64,000 bases of DNA from Gnetum montanum (taxonomy: Eukaryota > Plantae > Gnetophyta), in NCBI GenBank assembly GCA_015680685.1, contig MNCI01002465.1, positions 44,739-108,738 of the forward strand. The letters run 5' to 3'. Made by a program: the position numbers and the translations under genes. The notes under the pieces were generated by a model. The model was not told the DNA's origin, ran no database searches, and worked only from the letters and a program-made list of their open reading frames with translations. Positions 1 through 13,133 of the stretch are shown piece after piece. Position 1 is the first letter of the stretch. Each line of letters opens with the position of its first letter.

Positions 1-1432
1 CATCCCAATCTTTGCAACAAACATGAAATTTGGGATTGGCTTGTCTGCCAAAGAGTAACCTTGGATGTAAGGTTTATACCATATATTGCATAATACCTAT
101 CACTATCTCTATCACTATCCTCTAATGACCTTTCTTTAGATCATGTATGAACCATGCAGCTACTTAATTACGTGTTTAATGCCAGTTCACATTGTCTTTA
201 AATAAAGAAGGGATCCAGTTCCTGACCTGTTTATCTTACCATCAAAAGGACGCTTTTTGTATTTGTTTGGATTTAGTCTTGATTTTAATAATGTATCAAC
301 AGTTTATTTAATTTATAGTTATCGATTCAAAGCATTTCATCATGTCATAGGCATACATTGTTTCAGCACCACCATAAAATATGAGGAATTTTTGTATCTC
401 TGTAAAAGCTTTCTCATCATAAATAATTATTGCTAGTAAAAGTAATGTCATTAACATAAAAAACAGTAATAGAATTTGAAATGGACCAGATAATCTGTAT
501 AAACTAATTTTAGATCCATACTTGACATCATGTTGTTGATAAAGGTGCTGATGAAATCTTCCAATCAAAGATCTAGGAGTTTTCTTTTAAGTCACACAAA
601 ACTTTTTCACAGTGACAAATGAATTTTTCTTTGACTGAAATTTCAGATCCTAGACGTGATTGTACCTAGGCTTCTCACAAGTGATCATTGAAAAATGCAG
701 ATTTCAGTTTTTCTACCAAATGTTTTACTGATGTTGTACTACTATTCCATGACATATTTTCAATTGAAGCTACCGGAGACAAGGTTTCAAAATAATGTAT
801 CAATTCATTTTGTGCATATCCCTTGACTACCAGGTGAACTTTGTACTTTTGAAGAGACTTGTATGCATTTTCTTGATGTCAAATGTCTATTTTAGTCCAA
901 CTGGCGTCTTTCCTTAAGGTACAGCACATAATTCTTTAGTTTGATTTTTCTAAATTTGTTGTAATTCTTCTTTCATGACACCACTTTACTTCTGATCTGA
1001 AGTTGCTTTCTTGAAACACGTGGGCTCTTAAATACCAGCATGTTTTATGAACATTGTTGCGTTTTTCTTTCAATTATGTTAATAATATTAACATTGTTTA
1101 AAATTGAATATATTTTTTTTAACAGTCTCAAGTCTTTCTTGAGTTTGTTCTGCACTTATTTTGGATTGAGAACATGATGTTGATTGAATTAATGTGCAAT
1201 CTTCTTTTTGTAACTCAGTTAATTCTAAGCTTCTGTGTTGTGGATTGTTTTTTCCTTCTAGATATTCCAGATCATGGATTGTTTTTGTGACCTGGAATCA
1301 CCTAGAACCAAAATATTGAAAGAACGTTAAAAAAAGCCACATTTTTAACAGTTTTTTTTTTACCATATGTAATTTTTAACATTAAAAGACCATAAATGTA
1401 GCAATTTATAGATGATGATCTTTTAATTTGTC

Positions 1433-1690
1433 AGTGAGGTATTGCTCACTTGGCTAGAGCATGGAGCTTGTGATTTGCAAGTCACAGGTTTGATTTCAAG
1501 GTGTATGTTAAGACCAGTGCTACATGGGGGCATGGTAAAAAATATAAGTTCAGGGACTATGACATGAAATAGATAGCCTGCCATAGTAAATTATCATCGA
1601 ATCCTTTGCCTACCTTAATGGTCAGTCTGTGATAAGTGGGATGAAGGCACCAAGAGGATGTAATTTCTATTAACAAAAAAGAAAAAACAA
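1433..1690 (+). mobile_element. tRNA-derived SINE
   Basis: tRNA-like head with A-box-like TTGCTCACTTGG and B-box-like GGTTTGATTTC, and an A-rich tail at 1675-1690. The same head recurs at 8652-8699 (+) and 13134-13203 (-). Confidence 0.65.
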
Positions 1691-2189
1691 CCTAGAATTA
1701 TTGAGAGTCACTTGGAATTGCCTGGAATCATTTGGAATTGAAATCTGATTTCAACACCAATCTTTACCGTGTTGAGCCAGATTGTGATCTTGCATGGCTG
1801 GAATCACAGCTTTGATCCACATTTCATAAGTATGATTAAGTCTACTGTTGGTTCTTCAGTTAAAAATGAATCTGTTTGCAATAAGAAATTCTCTCTATTT
1901 ATAATTCAAGTAATTCCTCTTTGATATGTCTTCTTATTATTTCTTTTTCTGCCAAGATTCAACTTTATAGAATTCAACACTATGAAGGCCATGCATCTTT
2001 TTGCCTTCTAAGAAATATAAATGATATTCCTTATTTTGAATATCCCAAAAAGATGCAATTTTTTCCCCTTAGTTCAATGTTATTGAGATTCTGCGCTTCT
2101 ATCAATGCATAACAGATACAACAAACAATTCTCAAATGAGAGATATTAGGTTTTTGACCCTGCTGTTTTTCATATGTATATGGGATGGA

Positions 2190-2760
2190 TCGAGTTTCTT
2201 ATTTAGATAATTTTGAATGTAATTAGTAGCATATGCACCAACTGCCCTAAATTTCTCTAAAAGTCTAGCCTTCTGAAACTTTGTGCTTGCTATGATGATT
2301 ATGGTGCAATCATTCATTTCTAGAGCTCCACTTTCCTTAGGTGCTTAGGGTGTTATTAGATGCCCTCTAAATTTATTGTCTTTTATAATTCCGATATCTC
2401 TTGAGAAACAAATTTCCCTTCCACTATCAAATTTCAAATATTGATGCTTACAACATTTTCCTTTTCAACTGGCGCCAGCCATTTTTAAAAAAATTTGAAC
2501 ACATCATATTTATTCTTTAGAAAGCATACTGATGTCAATATGCTTAAATCACCAATTAGCACCAATGTGTACAAATTACCATTCAGAATTGAGGTATGCA
2601 CTTTGCTTCTTAAGTCTGTATGAATTAATTGAAATAGTTTAGTGCTCATCTTTTCTGTATTGGGTGAAGCATGGAAATAGTGTTTGATGCTGCAACTATG
2701 ATACCTTAACACGTTCTAAAGTCTTTGCTATTACAGGCAAAAGTCTCTTTGATTCTTTAA
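2190..2760 (-). pseudogene. Ty1/copia integrase remnant (approximate ends)
   Basis: ORF 2485-2712 reads FQLIHTDL..SILNGNLYTLVLIGDLS..VCFLKNKYDVF. Downstream frames resemble SDNGGEF and NGxAERMNRT..ARL.EKF. Frameshifted. Confidence 0.8.
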
Positions 2761-4397
2761 GGATTCAATCATCCCAACTGCTTATGCTAAGTGAACATTC
2801 AGAGATAAAATTCCTTCACCCCATTGCTTGTGATGTCTTTGTGACATGATAATCGGAGTCATCCTTATTTTAGAAAATACATTTTTAAATAGCACATACA
2901 GGTTCATTTACATGCAACAGTGTACTAACAATATCATATTGCGTTCCAGTGAAACCTTAACTTTCCCATGATGATTCTGTTGAAAGGATAAAATAATATA
3001 GGTCTGACATGATTTTTTTAATGAACACAAATCAGCCAAAAAGATTTTATATTTGTTAGGGTTTGTATTTACCTTGTGACAAGTCCACAATTCTCCAAGA
3101 TCTAATGAGTAGGAAGTAATATTGTAGAATCGTAAGATCGTAACTCTTTTCTTAATGGCAAATGCTTTTCATAATTCTCTGCAGTTGTGAGTATTGTAAG
3201 TCTTATTGATTTAACTACTTACGAATTTGCTTATGATAAATAAAGTTATGTTGACTTGATTTTGTAACTTAGCATTAGTCATAAGCTATCATAGATAGTC
3301 TACAACAAGTACTGTTTCTAGAGGTAATTTGTAATCGTTATCTTTGGGCTTGTTGTAATTCTAGATTCAATTGTACGAATATAACAACTTCTTGTGTTTT
3401 GGTGGTATTGCTTTTTCTCTAGTAGTGTATCTTTTTTTTGTATTTTACCTACTTCTTCATCATAAGCTAATGGTACACTTATGATTGTTGTTCATAACTC
3501 ATTATTGTAGATGGACTTATCACAATCCTTACTTTGTACATCATTAAGTTCTCAATGAACATAACTTCACCTTGTTTGCTGTACTTCATTAAGTCTTCTC
3601 TTTGACTTAACTTCACAAACTTCTTTGTACTTCGCTAAGCCACTCTTGTCTTAGCTTCATCTGCTTACAAAATGCTTTTTTGGAAGTCTTGCTTTCGTTA
3701 TTCCATCATAAATTTTCGGATGACTTTCTCTTCTTCTTTAAGAAATTGGACCAGGCTACGTATAGCATGACTTGGATCTTTGGTTGTTCTTTAAGAATTG
3801 GATCTTGTGTTATAGTGATCACACTTGTCTCCTGCAATACTTACTCATTGGTTATTCGGATGGAACTGATTACTTCTTTTTCATCTCAGTATTTGTAATT
3901 GGTAAGATATTGAAAGATACATTTGGTATAAATGGTTTTACAGTCTTTCTTGAATAGATTCTACTTATTGTTCTGAGATGCCATTTCTTTTGCATACTTT
4001 GTGTTCTTTGGTATTCTTCATCATCTTCTTCTTTCACACTTTCTCTACACTTTCTCATGGATATTAGCTTGAACTTTATTTCTATAAGGAATTGTGACTG
4101 TTCGTGGGATTTGTCATGTCTTTACGGAATAAGGTTCTAACAAATCACTTAACTTTTCTAGCATTACTTATGAAACTTATGAGTGGACATTAAGTTTTAC
4201 TAGAGGATCAGCAATATCATTATTTTACAACTGTTGATTAAAATGCATTAAAAATGGCTTAAAATGTCTCAATGTTGGTGCGACCTGTAACCATCGTTAT
4301 GATACATTTTATATATAAGTGATGCCTATGCAGGTGTCTTATTTCAAAATTTAATTATATAATTTGGACCTTGTTTCAGTTAATTTTTTAGCAGAAT

Positions 4398-7300
4398 ATG
4401 GGAGAAGGTAGCAGAAGAAAAGGTTTACATTCAACCATAGGTGAGCAGTTTGAAGAAATGCTATCAGCTTTCTGCAATGTCTGCTTGCATAATTGTAATT
4501 CATTTTCATTTTTTACCCACAGTTATTCAGAAGAAAGCTGATGATACTGAGTTGAATGAAGCCAAGAAGTGGCCTTTTAGAGAGCCACTGATAGCATTTC
4601 TGGATGGGTTATTTGAGGAAGTGTACAGGGCACTTCAACCAAGTGCTGAAGACTACCAAGCACGGGAAACTATAATTTCATATGTTGAGAAGATTGTAAA
4701 TGATTACATGAAAGGTTGGTTTTATTTATTTATTTTGGGTATAAATAAATACCAAACAGATACAAAATTTTTTAGAATGTGAATTTGTGATAAATTGATG
4801 TTGGATTTATTGAAACACAAGTTCCTAATATAGCTGCACATCTGTTCTAGACTAAAGTATTATTTATATAAAGTAAATAACTATTGTAAAATGTTACATT
4901 CATTATTTTGCCAACTTTTATTATTTTTAGAAATTGGCATCGGTATCTTTTTCTTATGCATTGTCAGCCATTAGATAGTTTAGAAGGTCTTTCGCTCATT
5001 TAGTAGAACTTGTTAAAACATCCATATCTAAAACATTTATCATGGGAAATCTAAATGCTTATTGTGAAAACAAGGTAGACCAGTCCTGGACTTCAGCAAT
5101 GAAGGCTATGTCTATACACAAACAGACGTATCGATTCAAACATCCATAGTTTGATCACTTTTGTTAAATAAATAATTTTAGACTTTCTGCATTTTCTTTA
5201 TTTGTCCACTTATTTTTTATTTTTTTTGTTTTGGTTTAGTGTTGGGAGTAGCCTGTAAAAATATTGCCATCTCATCTAGCAAACAGTAATCTTCGAAGCA
5301 TGGGACACATGGATTATTTTATTTTTAGTAATTCTTGTATTGTTGTCATCATATTTATGTGTCGATAGAGTCTTTTGCTGCTAGCTTTCTTATGTTACCA
5401 TGGCACAAAAGCTTTTGCTTTGATGTTGTTTGTATTTACCCTCTGTTATCAAGAAATGTTTGTTGCAGAAAAGACTTATTCACACAATATATACAATCTG
5501 AATCTCTAATGTTTAAGTGACTTGAATTTGAAATTTGAACACATGTTTTGCAGGATGTGGTGTCAGCATTTCTGGTCCATTTGTAAGGCCTTATGGCTCA
5601 TATTTAATGGACTTATTTACACCTGAAAGTGACTTGGATTTATCTGTGAATGTTGGTTATTCTGGTGACGTGGTGCCTAGAGAAGTCAAAATTGAGCTTC
5701 TTGATAAGTTAGCAAGGCCATTTAATGATATGCAAGGTACTAAAAATGTGATAAGAATTTTTTTGCTCTTATTTATTACTGGCCTAATATAAAAGTAATT
5801 GAAGTGCACATATCATCATGATCTTAATTAACTTGACAAAAATACTTTTAAGAAATAACTTGGGCCCAAATAGAGGTCAAGCTGTTTTCGTTTGGTTATA
5901 TTTTGTAGCATCTAACCAGTTGTTTTTTTAATAAAAGAGGAGGTTCTATCAAGCTTGTTAGATGTTACAAAATATATGCTTGAAGCTGCAAGTTTTTTCC
6001 ATTAAACAATTCATTTTTTTAAAATGCGTACTGGAAGCTTCTAATCCGATGGAGATGTACCATCCATGAAAATGTTGGGCCTTAGCCTTATTGAATGAAT
6101 ATGAACTTATTCTAGTAGAGTATGAAAGAAGAGTGTAGATATCTCCAATGCCACAGAAAAGAAATATAAATTGTGTCAGAACATCACTGGAGCAGGAGGA
6201 ACAAACATTGAATGCATTTTTTAAGCATGTAGAATCAGAGGCGTCCTGTAGGAATGTGCCCTCCCTACAATCCTATGGACCTCTGGCTAACCTAAACTTA
6301 GCATTTAGGATCAGTGGAAACAAGCCTTACGGCTTATATGTTTTGTCTGTGGTATATACTGTGCACATTTTCTGTACTTTTGCATTCATATGCCTCTTGG
6401 ATGTTTTGAGAACTGGTCTGTTTACAGTGAACTTTCAGATTATCGGCAAGATGATTATGTAGTTAAGTGCATGACTGGCACTTTTGTAATACTATCAGCA
6501 TGTAGAAATTTTGTGTGCTAGAAACTAAAAATAAGTCGATCTGTTGCAAGTTTTGGAAAAACCCATGTCAATTAAACTCACTAAATATACAAAGAAGCTT
6601 TCCTACAATGATATATATGCCTTACTTCCGGAACTAGATCTGATTAGCAAAATAGAAGACAAGGCAAAACGCTCTATGGTGTTTGTTTGTTTTTGGATGC
6701 TATTAACATGTTTGTTTAGTTGAGGCTGTGTTTTAATAATGGCTTTCATGATCAAGTTAAAATTATTCAGGAAAGCACGATAGATTTGTCAACTGCTTAT
6801 ATCAAGAGTTCCTATAATCTTGAAAAGGTTGTTGCATAGAAGCAAGTTAGTTGTGGAGTTGGAATTAAATGAGGGGCAAAATGCATGTATTGCAAGTGAG
6901 TTTTATTATGATAATTTTATATTTCCTAATATGAATCGAGATCTTTATGTTATAGTAAATGATCATTAAAAATTTATGAAAAATGTCATTTAATGAAACT
7001 AAAACTGAAACCTAAAATGTTTTCTTGCATCCATGTTGAGACCAAAGAAATATATGTGATAGAGTTCAGTTTGAGCCATTAAGAGGAAAAAACAATATAC
7101 ATATATAGTACATCTCAGACATGTATTGAAACATCATTTAGTATAGCTATATATTATTCTTCTTTGCACATATACTGAAATATTTTAAAAACTTGTGGCA
7201 TGCTAATACTTTAATTAATATCTTTTAGAGGTTGGTACATTTATTGATAACATAAATTATGTGTGTGCAGGAAAAAAGGTCCGTAACTTTCAGTGTATCT

Positions 7301-10300
7301 TCACAGCTGTTGTGCCTATTCTGAAATTTGTGGACTGTAGATATGGAATAGAGTGTGATATTTCTATTGAAAATAATGATGGACTGCAAAAGTCAAAACT
7401 TATCAGAGTACTTTCAAAAATTGATGAGAGATTTCCAAAGCTGTGTTACCTGGTTAGTTGAATGTATATGCCTACAATTTTTTTTACGTCTGTTTGTGGA
7501 CCATTAAAATGTTATATGCCATATCGAGGCACTGCCAGGATGCAATATTTGAATATTCATTGCATATGATTCTGTTATTATTCTATTTTCTTTATGCTTC
7601 TTTCAGTGTGTCTTTATCTCTTTAACTGTTCTACATATATCATCAACTGGAGTAGTTTGTTGCATCCATGCAAAGATCTTGAGAAACTACTCGATGCAAG
7701 TTCTTCAAATCTGAGTATGTTGATGTAACATTTTGTAGGTCAAGCGTTGGGCTAAAGCGAAGGATATTAATAGCTCAAGAGACAGGACTTTGAACTCCTT
7801 ATCACTCATTCTGTTAGTTGCTGTTCATTTACAGGTTTGTAGCTTCCTACCCAGAAAATACTGCAAATTGAAATGTTTTTTTTTTTTTGCTATAAAATAC
7901 TGCAATTCATGTTTAAATGATGATGATGAACATCATAATCTTAGCCTTGTCCCAAGAATATGGGGATGTCTACATGAGTTCTCTTTTACTGTTTGCCTCT
8001 ATCAAAAGCTAGAGTTTTATCTATCTGCAATTTTATCATATTTTCTTTAGTTATTCATTAGCATATATTTTTTAGTATTTCTCTTGGCAGGTTTAGGAAA
8101 CTTTGATTTCACAACCTTTCTTAAGAGGTTTATTATCCAATCTTTTTTGAACATGACCAAACTATCTAAGCCATCATTCCTATCATTTCTATAGCTTATA
8201 TGCTATAGAAGCCACTCCAAGTCTTCCTTCAGGAGTTGTATTGTACGATTTGTCTTATCTTGCAACATTCAACCTCCATTTAAGCATTCATATTTCTACA
8301 ATATTCATTGTTCATGCTACATTTTTACAATTCAACATTGTGTCATATAAAATAGCAAGCTGGATCATTATCCTGTAAAATTTTCCTTATAATTTTATTA
8401 GGATCTTTTCCTCACATGAAACACTACTAGCCTATCTCTATTTTGACCATCCTACCTCAATGGTATTTCTTATAGCTGTATCAATTTTACCATCTCATTA
8501 GAGTATCGATCTTAGTAATGAAATTGTTTGTGGGGAAGGACTTTTTAACCTTGAATTGCTACTTCTGTTTCATCATTGTTCATACTTTCACATTGCAATA
8601 TTGTAGCTATACAATATATTCTAAAAGCGTTGCACTTCAAATTATATTTTATTAGAGCATGTGGCTTGCGGTTTGCGAGTCACAGGCTTGATACCATGGT
8701 ATATTGATTTGGCACCCCGTTATATTCTGCTTAAGTTATACAAAACCTTTGTATTGGCTATATGTCCAAGGGGTACATATAGTCATCTAGTTCCACCTTC
8801 TTCCCAAATTATATTTTAGTAACATATACTCTTGTTAATAGCCTCTAGGTGATGATCCTTTTTTAATGATTTGAAATGTTTTCTATGAAAAACAGAAAAT
8901 CAGAGCTATTATTCTGTGTTTTAAAAAATCAGAATTTTTATTCCCGTATCTTTTTAACTATGGTGTGGATCAGAGTTGTTAAATCTCTAGTAGATGTTAC
9001 AAGCATCAACTATTTCACTTTGATGGGCTTCTAAAGATATATCTATTTTTGATTCTGATTCAGTGTTTCTGAAGTTCGGGTTAACAATAGCTATTGTTTT
9101 AACTCTTTCTTGATAAGCATTTTCCCAAGAAAAAAAATTCAACATTTAGCAAGGAGTTACACGCCACTCTTAAATCCATAATAAATTAAATTATAAAAAA
9201 GTAAACTTTAGAAGCTCATAGTTGGAGAGTAGAGAAGACATGGTATACGGCATAAATTTAAGAGAGCACTTTTTGTGTCTATCTTAAGAGTATGTAATTT
9301 TGTCCCAGTTAATGACATTTTGGAATATGTTCTTTGATACACTTCTGCACTCATTGCTGTATGAACAGTTTATTTTGGTTTATTTCTATTCTTTATCAGC
9401 GTAATATGGCAAACAATGGTATCTGAATGGTTAAAACTCAATACATGAACTTCTCATTATTTTGCACAATTTCAACGATGAAATGTTCACCTATGATAAT
9501 TTGCAGACACGGAAGCCACCGATTCTTCCACCTTTTTCAGTATTTTTAGAAGGTATGCCTTTCTTATCAACTATATCTTGTTGAAATACATTTTTGTTGT
9601 TTTGTTATAGAAGTATACATGAAAAAACTCCTTGCTGTTTATTTACTAGACTCCTTTATGATGACTCAACTCAACTTTTGCCAATTTTTATGGTTTTAAT
9701 TTATTTTTTTATGACTTCTAAACAACCTCAAATATTTTTATTTAGCTGGATGTGAAGACAGTGAAATAGAAAGACGTGTTCTTGAATATCAGAGCTTCGG
9801 AAGTAAAAATTCAGAATCAGTATCTCAGCTCTTCATCTCCCTTATGTCTAAGGTGTGCCTAATACACTTTATCTTTTGAAATTATTACTTATTCTTGCTT
9901 GCTATAAGAATGTTATGTGATGATTTACTCTTAATGTGAACGAATTGCATCAAAATGCTTAGATACAACAGAGTAATTGCAGCGGAATAATAATAACTGA
10001 ACAAAAAATGCCTAGAAAACATAGGGAGAGACAATGACACTTTCCTGGTAACTTTTAGTTATCTCTTCAGGCATGGCTAAGGCCACACGTGTTAGCTGAT
10101 AACTGTAGCTAGCTGGTACCCTTATTCGAAGTGAAGTAGAACCTAAATGGGTACAATAGAAGCCTGAAGTTATTAATGATCACCAACCACTACTTAGCAC
10201 AAGCCTGTGAAACTTTTGCATTAGATTGGTAAAAATATCTAAATTTCACTTTTTCCTTCCTATCTAGCTTGTTTTGGATTATTATTTAAATGTTAAAGCT

Positions 10301-12316
10301 TTAGTTTGATCAGTTGCTATTTGGGAGCTGTAAATTTTATGCATATATTCACAATACTGCATAATTCCAAATGCAGTTAATATCTGTGGAGCCTCTCTGG
10401 AAAAAAGGGTTGTGTGCTAGTGCCTATGAAGGATGTTGGATTTCAAAACAGTTTGAGCACAAAGCAACATGGATGGGTGTATGCATTTTGCTTTCCTCTC
10501 CTTCCTTGTCTTTCTCATACAATCATGTCGTTGTTAATTTTGAGAATGTTAAGAGGCAAACTTGAAATTTCCTGTTATTTTGGGATTTTAAAGTTTTTTT
10601 TTCCTGTTTTTTCTTAATGAAACGATTATTACTCTTTTTATACTTTTATCAAAATTCTGAAAAACTAGGTCTTTTTTGTATTTACCAAATTGCATCATGA
10701 TTATTTTGGTATGTTTCTTTGCACAGAATTGATTATATCAACAGTTTTATTTTCCCCTCTTAATACCTGTTGTTATGTTTGCTGATCCTTGATTCAGGGT
10801 TTTGACTATTTATTTTGCTGATTATGGCTTTTGTCAGTGGATTGGATATTGCTAACAAACAAGCAAAAACAAACAAATAAAACCAAAAAAAAGGAAAAAA
10901 AAAAGAAAAGAAAAAAAGAAAAATTAAACCCATACACACCTCTATGGCTACGTACATCGAAGTCAGCAAAATCTAGGGATAAGATGATCAATTTAAACAC
11001 AGTTTTTAGTGTAACTCACGTATGCTTTGTGTTGTCTCAGCTTGTTTTATTTACATTTCGTTTCTTCAAGTTGAAGTTCTATATATATATAATATATATA
11101 TGATGGTGCGTCTACTGGCCTGGGGTATCATAGTTGACTTAACTGATACGGAAGCACTCAAGTTATTCTCATACATGTTCTCAAGCATTTATGAATTAGA
11201 AGGCTACTTAGTTAATGATGGATTCATTATGATTGTTAAAAAAGGCAGGTCGAGGATATTTCGATTCGATCTCAAAATGCTGGTTAATGATGGATTCGTT
11301 ATGATTGTTAAAAAATGCAGGTCGAGGATTTTTCGATTCGATCTCAAAATGCTGCGAGGTCAGTGGGCAAGTTTCAAAGAAATTTAATTTGTCAACATAT
11401 GAGAGATACCTTGTCACGTCTAAAGAAATGTTCACCAAGTTCATTAGAGCTGTCAAATCTGAAGACATTCCTTTTCAATTTGAAACCAAAATCTGAGAAA
11501 ACTCTTGCTTCATCACCTTCATTGGAACTAAAATCTGAGAACATACTTGCTCCGTCATCTTCATTGGAAAATTTTCAATATCGAGGTAAAAGAAAAATGC
11601 CTTTTGATGATACAGACCATCACAAAAGATTGCATGAAGAAAGAAAGACGAATACTTCAAGGCAACAAGTTACAATAAGGCACTCAGATAATACAAGAGC
11701 ACCTCCGTTTCCTCAAGGAACCGGAATTCCTGTTATTTCTGGACATATGGGCCTTAAGATTCCCGGCCAAGACGATCAACTGTTACAGAAAGGTGCTCAA
11801 TCAATGACCCAGCAACCAGGCATACTGCCTAGTTATAGACACAATCCCATATATGGATCGAGGTTTGATTATGAGTCCAATTCATTAAATCTCACACAGC
11901 CGTACCGCCAAATGGAAATCCAATTTCCAAATTGGCAACCAGATACTTGGATGCAGGCAAGACCGCCTACACCATTTGGAAGTTGGCAAAGAGGTGAAAG
12001 AAGAAACCCTGAAGCAATTGTTCCATTTCAAGAACCCAGAAGACGTCCAAATGGTCCCTTGCAACATTGGCAAGCTGAGTTTAGAAGACCTCAAGGATCA
12101 TTTATTGGACCTCCAGATTGGCCAACAGATACAAGAAGAAACCTACGATTACCTGGTGCTCCTAATTTTCTAAGGTATGCAACAACTGAAGATGCATCAT
12201 CTTTGTCTCTTAATCACCGAACGGATCTGTGTAGACATGTGTCGTCATCTTTTCATGTTGCACAATCAGATCGTTCATTCTATCCAGGGCTTGGGTTTAG
12301 GAACCATGAACGGTAA
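4398..12316 (+). CDS. HESO1-like: HESO1-like terminal nucleotidyltransferase (TUTase/non-canonical poly(A) polymerase family), probably NTP6/NTP7 (At3g45750/At3g45760) clade; 9 coding exons, 648 aa
   Basis: GT-AG exons spliced by hand stay in frame: 4398-4440, 4523-4714, 5554-5736, 7271-7452, 7739-7834, 9507-9552, 9746-9852, 10377-10478, 11321-12316 (1947 nt). Motifs: Pol-beta catalytic YGSYLMDLFTPESDLDLS, third Asp in IECDISIEN, VKRWAK..DINS..DRTLNSLSLILLVAVHLQ, PPILPPFS, and the nucleotide-recognition loop VEDFSIRSQNAARSV, followed by a long P/Q/R-rich low-complexity C-terminus. VEDF rather than VEDP, and LWKKGLCAS..EG.WISK, fit the NTP6/7 paralogues better than HESO1 proper. The ATG exon follows a TAGCAG acceptor, so upstream exon(s) probably exist. 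Confidence 0.92.
5897..5976. repeat. Inverted repeat/hairpin in intron 3 of the nucleotidyltransferase gene
   Basis: TATATTTTGTAGCATCTAAC (5897-5916) pairs with GTTAGATGTTACAAAATATA (5957-5976) with one mismatch on the + strand. Pairing extends inward via CAGTTG/CAAGCTT. Confidence 0.75.
8090..8600 (-). mobile_element. RTE-clade LINE 3' ORF remnant in intron 5 (approximate ends)
   Basis: The reverse strand reads as a decayed GW.K.R.AS.V..KI..KL.GKFYR..LY..EM.ML.W..LGVA.I..LR.FGHV, typical of plant RTE ORF C-termini. Homologous to 23040-23430. Confidence 0.7.
8652..8699 (+). mobile_element. SINE head fragment (same family as 1433)
   Basis: TTAGAGCATGTGGCTTGCGGTTTGCGAGTCACAGGCTTGATACC aligns to 1456-1500. 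Confidence 0.55.
11211..11354 (+). repeat. 72-bp tandem duplication spanning the final intron/exon junction
   Basis: Units 11211-11282 and 11283-11354 differ at 3 positions. Each contains GCAG|GTCGAGGAT. Confidence 0.95.
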
Positions 12317-13133
12317 AGCTGGTCCGGTTGGCTTTTTATGTCTGTACTGTTAACCCTGAATACTGACAGATTTGAAATTCCAAAATCATTTTTACCCTGG
12401 ATATTTAAATGAGTGCTTTACCCCACTGAACAAAAGTTTCGGTACAGCCTAATTTGCTTGATTTAACCATCGATATTTAAAGAAATACACGGTATACTTC
12501 GGCACATAATACTTGCAAGTCATAGTATGTTTGCTTTTTAATATTGTTTTCCTAATAAGCATTATACTTGTTTGTTTTGCTGAATAAAGCATTTTACCGT
12601 TACATGAGAAATACCTATAACGCCCTAAAAAAATGCACACTCAGTTCGGTATGTCAATGTTATAAGAGTTGAAAATCAATTTGTTACTTTATAATTTTTT
12701 TGTCACGGGGTAAAATCCGAAGCAAAGCCTTGAAATGAGCTAGTAAAGACTTACTGATGTTGGCGTCATGTCCATGGTAAGGGCTCAAAATGCTGCCTTT
12801 AAGCTATTTATGATATATATATTTTTGAAGTTATTAGTTTAACAATGAGTTGGGAGTTTATTGGAAAAGAGTTAACTTGCGTCTTGTAAGTTATAGGCTT
12901 GATGCTTTATATTGATATGCTAATGAGAGATCAATGAAATAATTATAACTCATTAGATTGTCAATCAGTAATCAGTCATCATCATTCTGCTTTCATTCCA
13001 TTTAGATGGGTTCAACGTTAACGTATTCAAAGAATTTGATGATGATATATTATGGTCAATTGTCTACTTGTTGCTATAGCTTGAATGTATATTATTACCA
13101 TGTCTTAAGGTTGGCATACTATCTCACTGTGAT

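Noticed and set aside
640-920. Possible upstream UTR exons (e.g. TTTAG|TCCAAC...TTAAG|GTACAG at 896-918)
   Set aside because: Splice-like dinucleotides alone are insufficient without transcript evidence.
1433-1505. Functional tRNA gene
   Set aside because: The stems do not close a cloverleaf, the B box is degenerate, and the sequence continues into a body and A-tail. It is better explained as a SINE.
6148-6462. 104-aa ORF in intron 3 as an extra exon or nested gene
   Set aside because: The flanking exons join in frame without it, and it has no recognisable motif.
10831-11103. Lysine-rich ORF (also 30394-30591 and 62193-62444)
   Set aside because: These are translations of poly(A)-rich tracts and show no protein-family signal.
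12410-12660. MITE-like segment with CGGTA/TACCG motifs after the stop codon (similar motif clusters at about 3120-3390)
   Set aside because: Terminal inverted repeats and target duplications could not be defined.
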